Shown here in pieces: positions 15,614-15,616 of a stretch of DNA of 15,616 nt. Position numbers and translations under genes: made by a program. This DNA is from Nanobdellota archaeon (lineage in GTDB: Archaea; Nanobdellota; Nanobdellia; Woesearchaeales; GW2011-AR4), in the NCBI GenBank assembly GCA_038046385.1, contig JBBSWH010000015.1:1-15616 (forward strand), written 5' to 3'. Position 1 is the first letter of the stretch; each line of letters begins with the position of its first letter. Under the pieces are notes generated by a model that ran no database searches, had not been told where the DNA came from, and saw nothing but the letters and a program-made list of their open reading frames with translations.

Positions 15614-15616
15614 CCC

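Overview
Archaeal genomic window, most likely DPANN (Woesearchaeota/Pacearchaeota-like, inferred from gene content, TATA/BRE promoters and class III signal peptides). In order: an AT-rich defence-like end (1-2300; truncated probable GHKL ATPase-nuclease, membrane protein, PD-(D/E)XK nuclease), an A24 prepilin peptidase, a divergent wHTH pair, two tandem HIT proteins that both lack the catalytic histidine, a pilin-like protein, an NFACT-R protein, a three-gene glycoprotein surface cluster, a thioredoxin-like redoxin, a membrane-HTH/SHOCT/Met-rich operon, two orphan paralogs, a GT2-TPR glycosyltransferase and a Cys-rich lamin-tail lipoprotein. The most striking feature is a nested tRNA locus at 15240-15474 (minus strand). 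An outer tRNA-Ser(CGA) has an 18-nt intron at 37/38 and a 133-nt T-loop intervening sequence. That sequence contains a complete, intronless tRNA-Ser(CGA) with a different, fully paired acceptor stem, clamped by inverted repeats.
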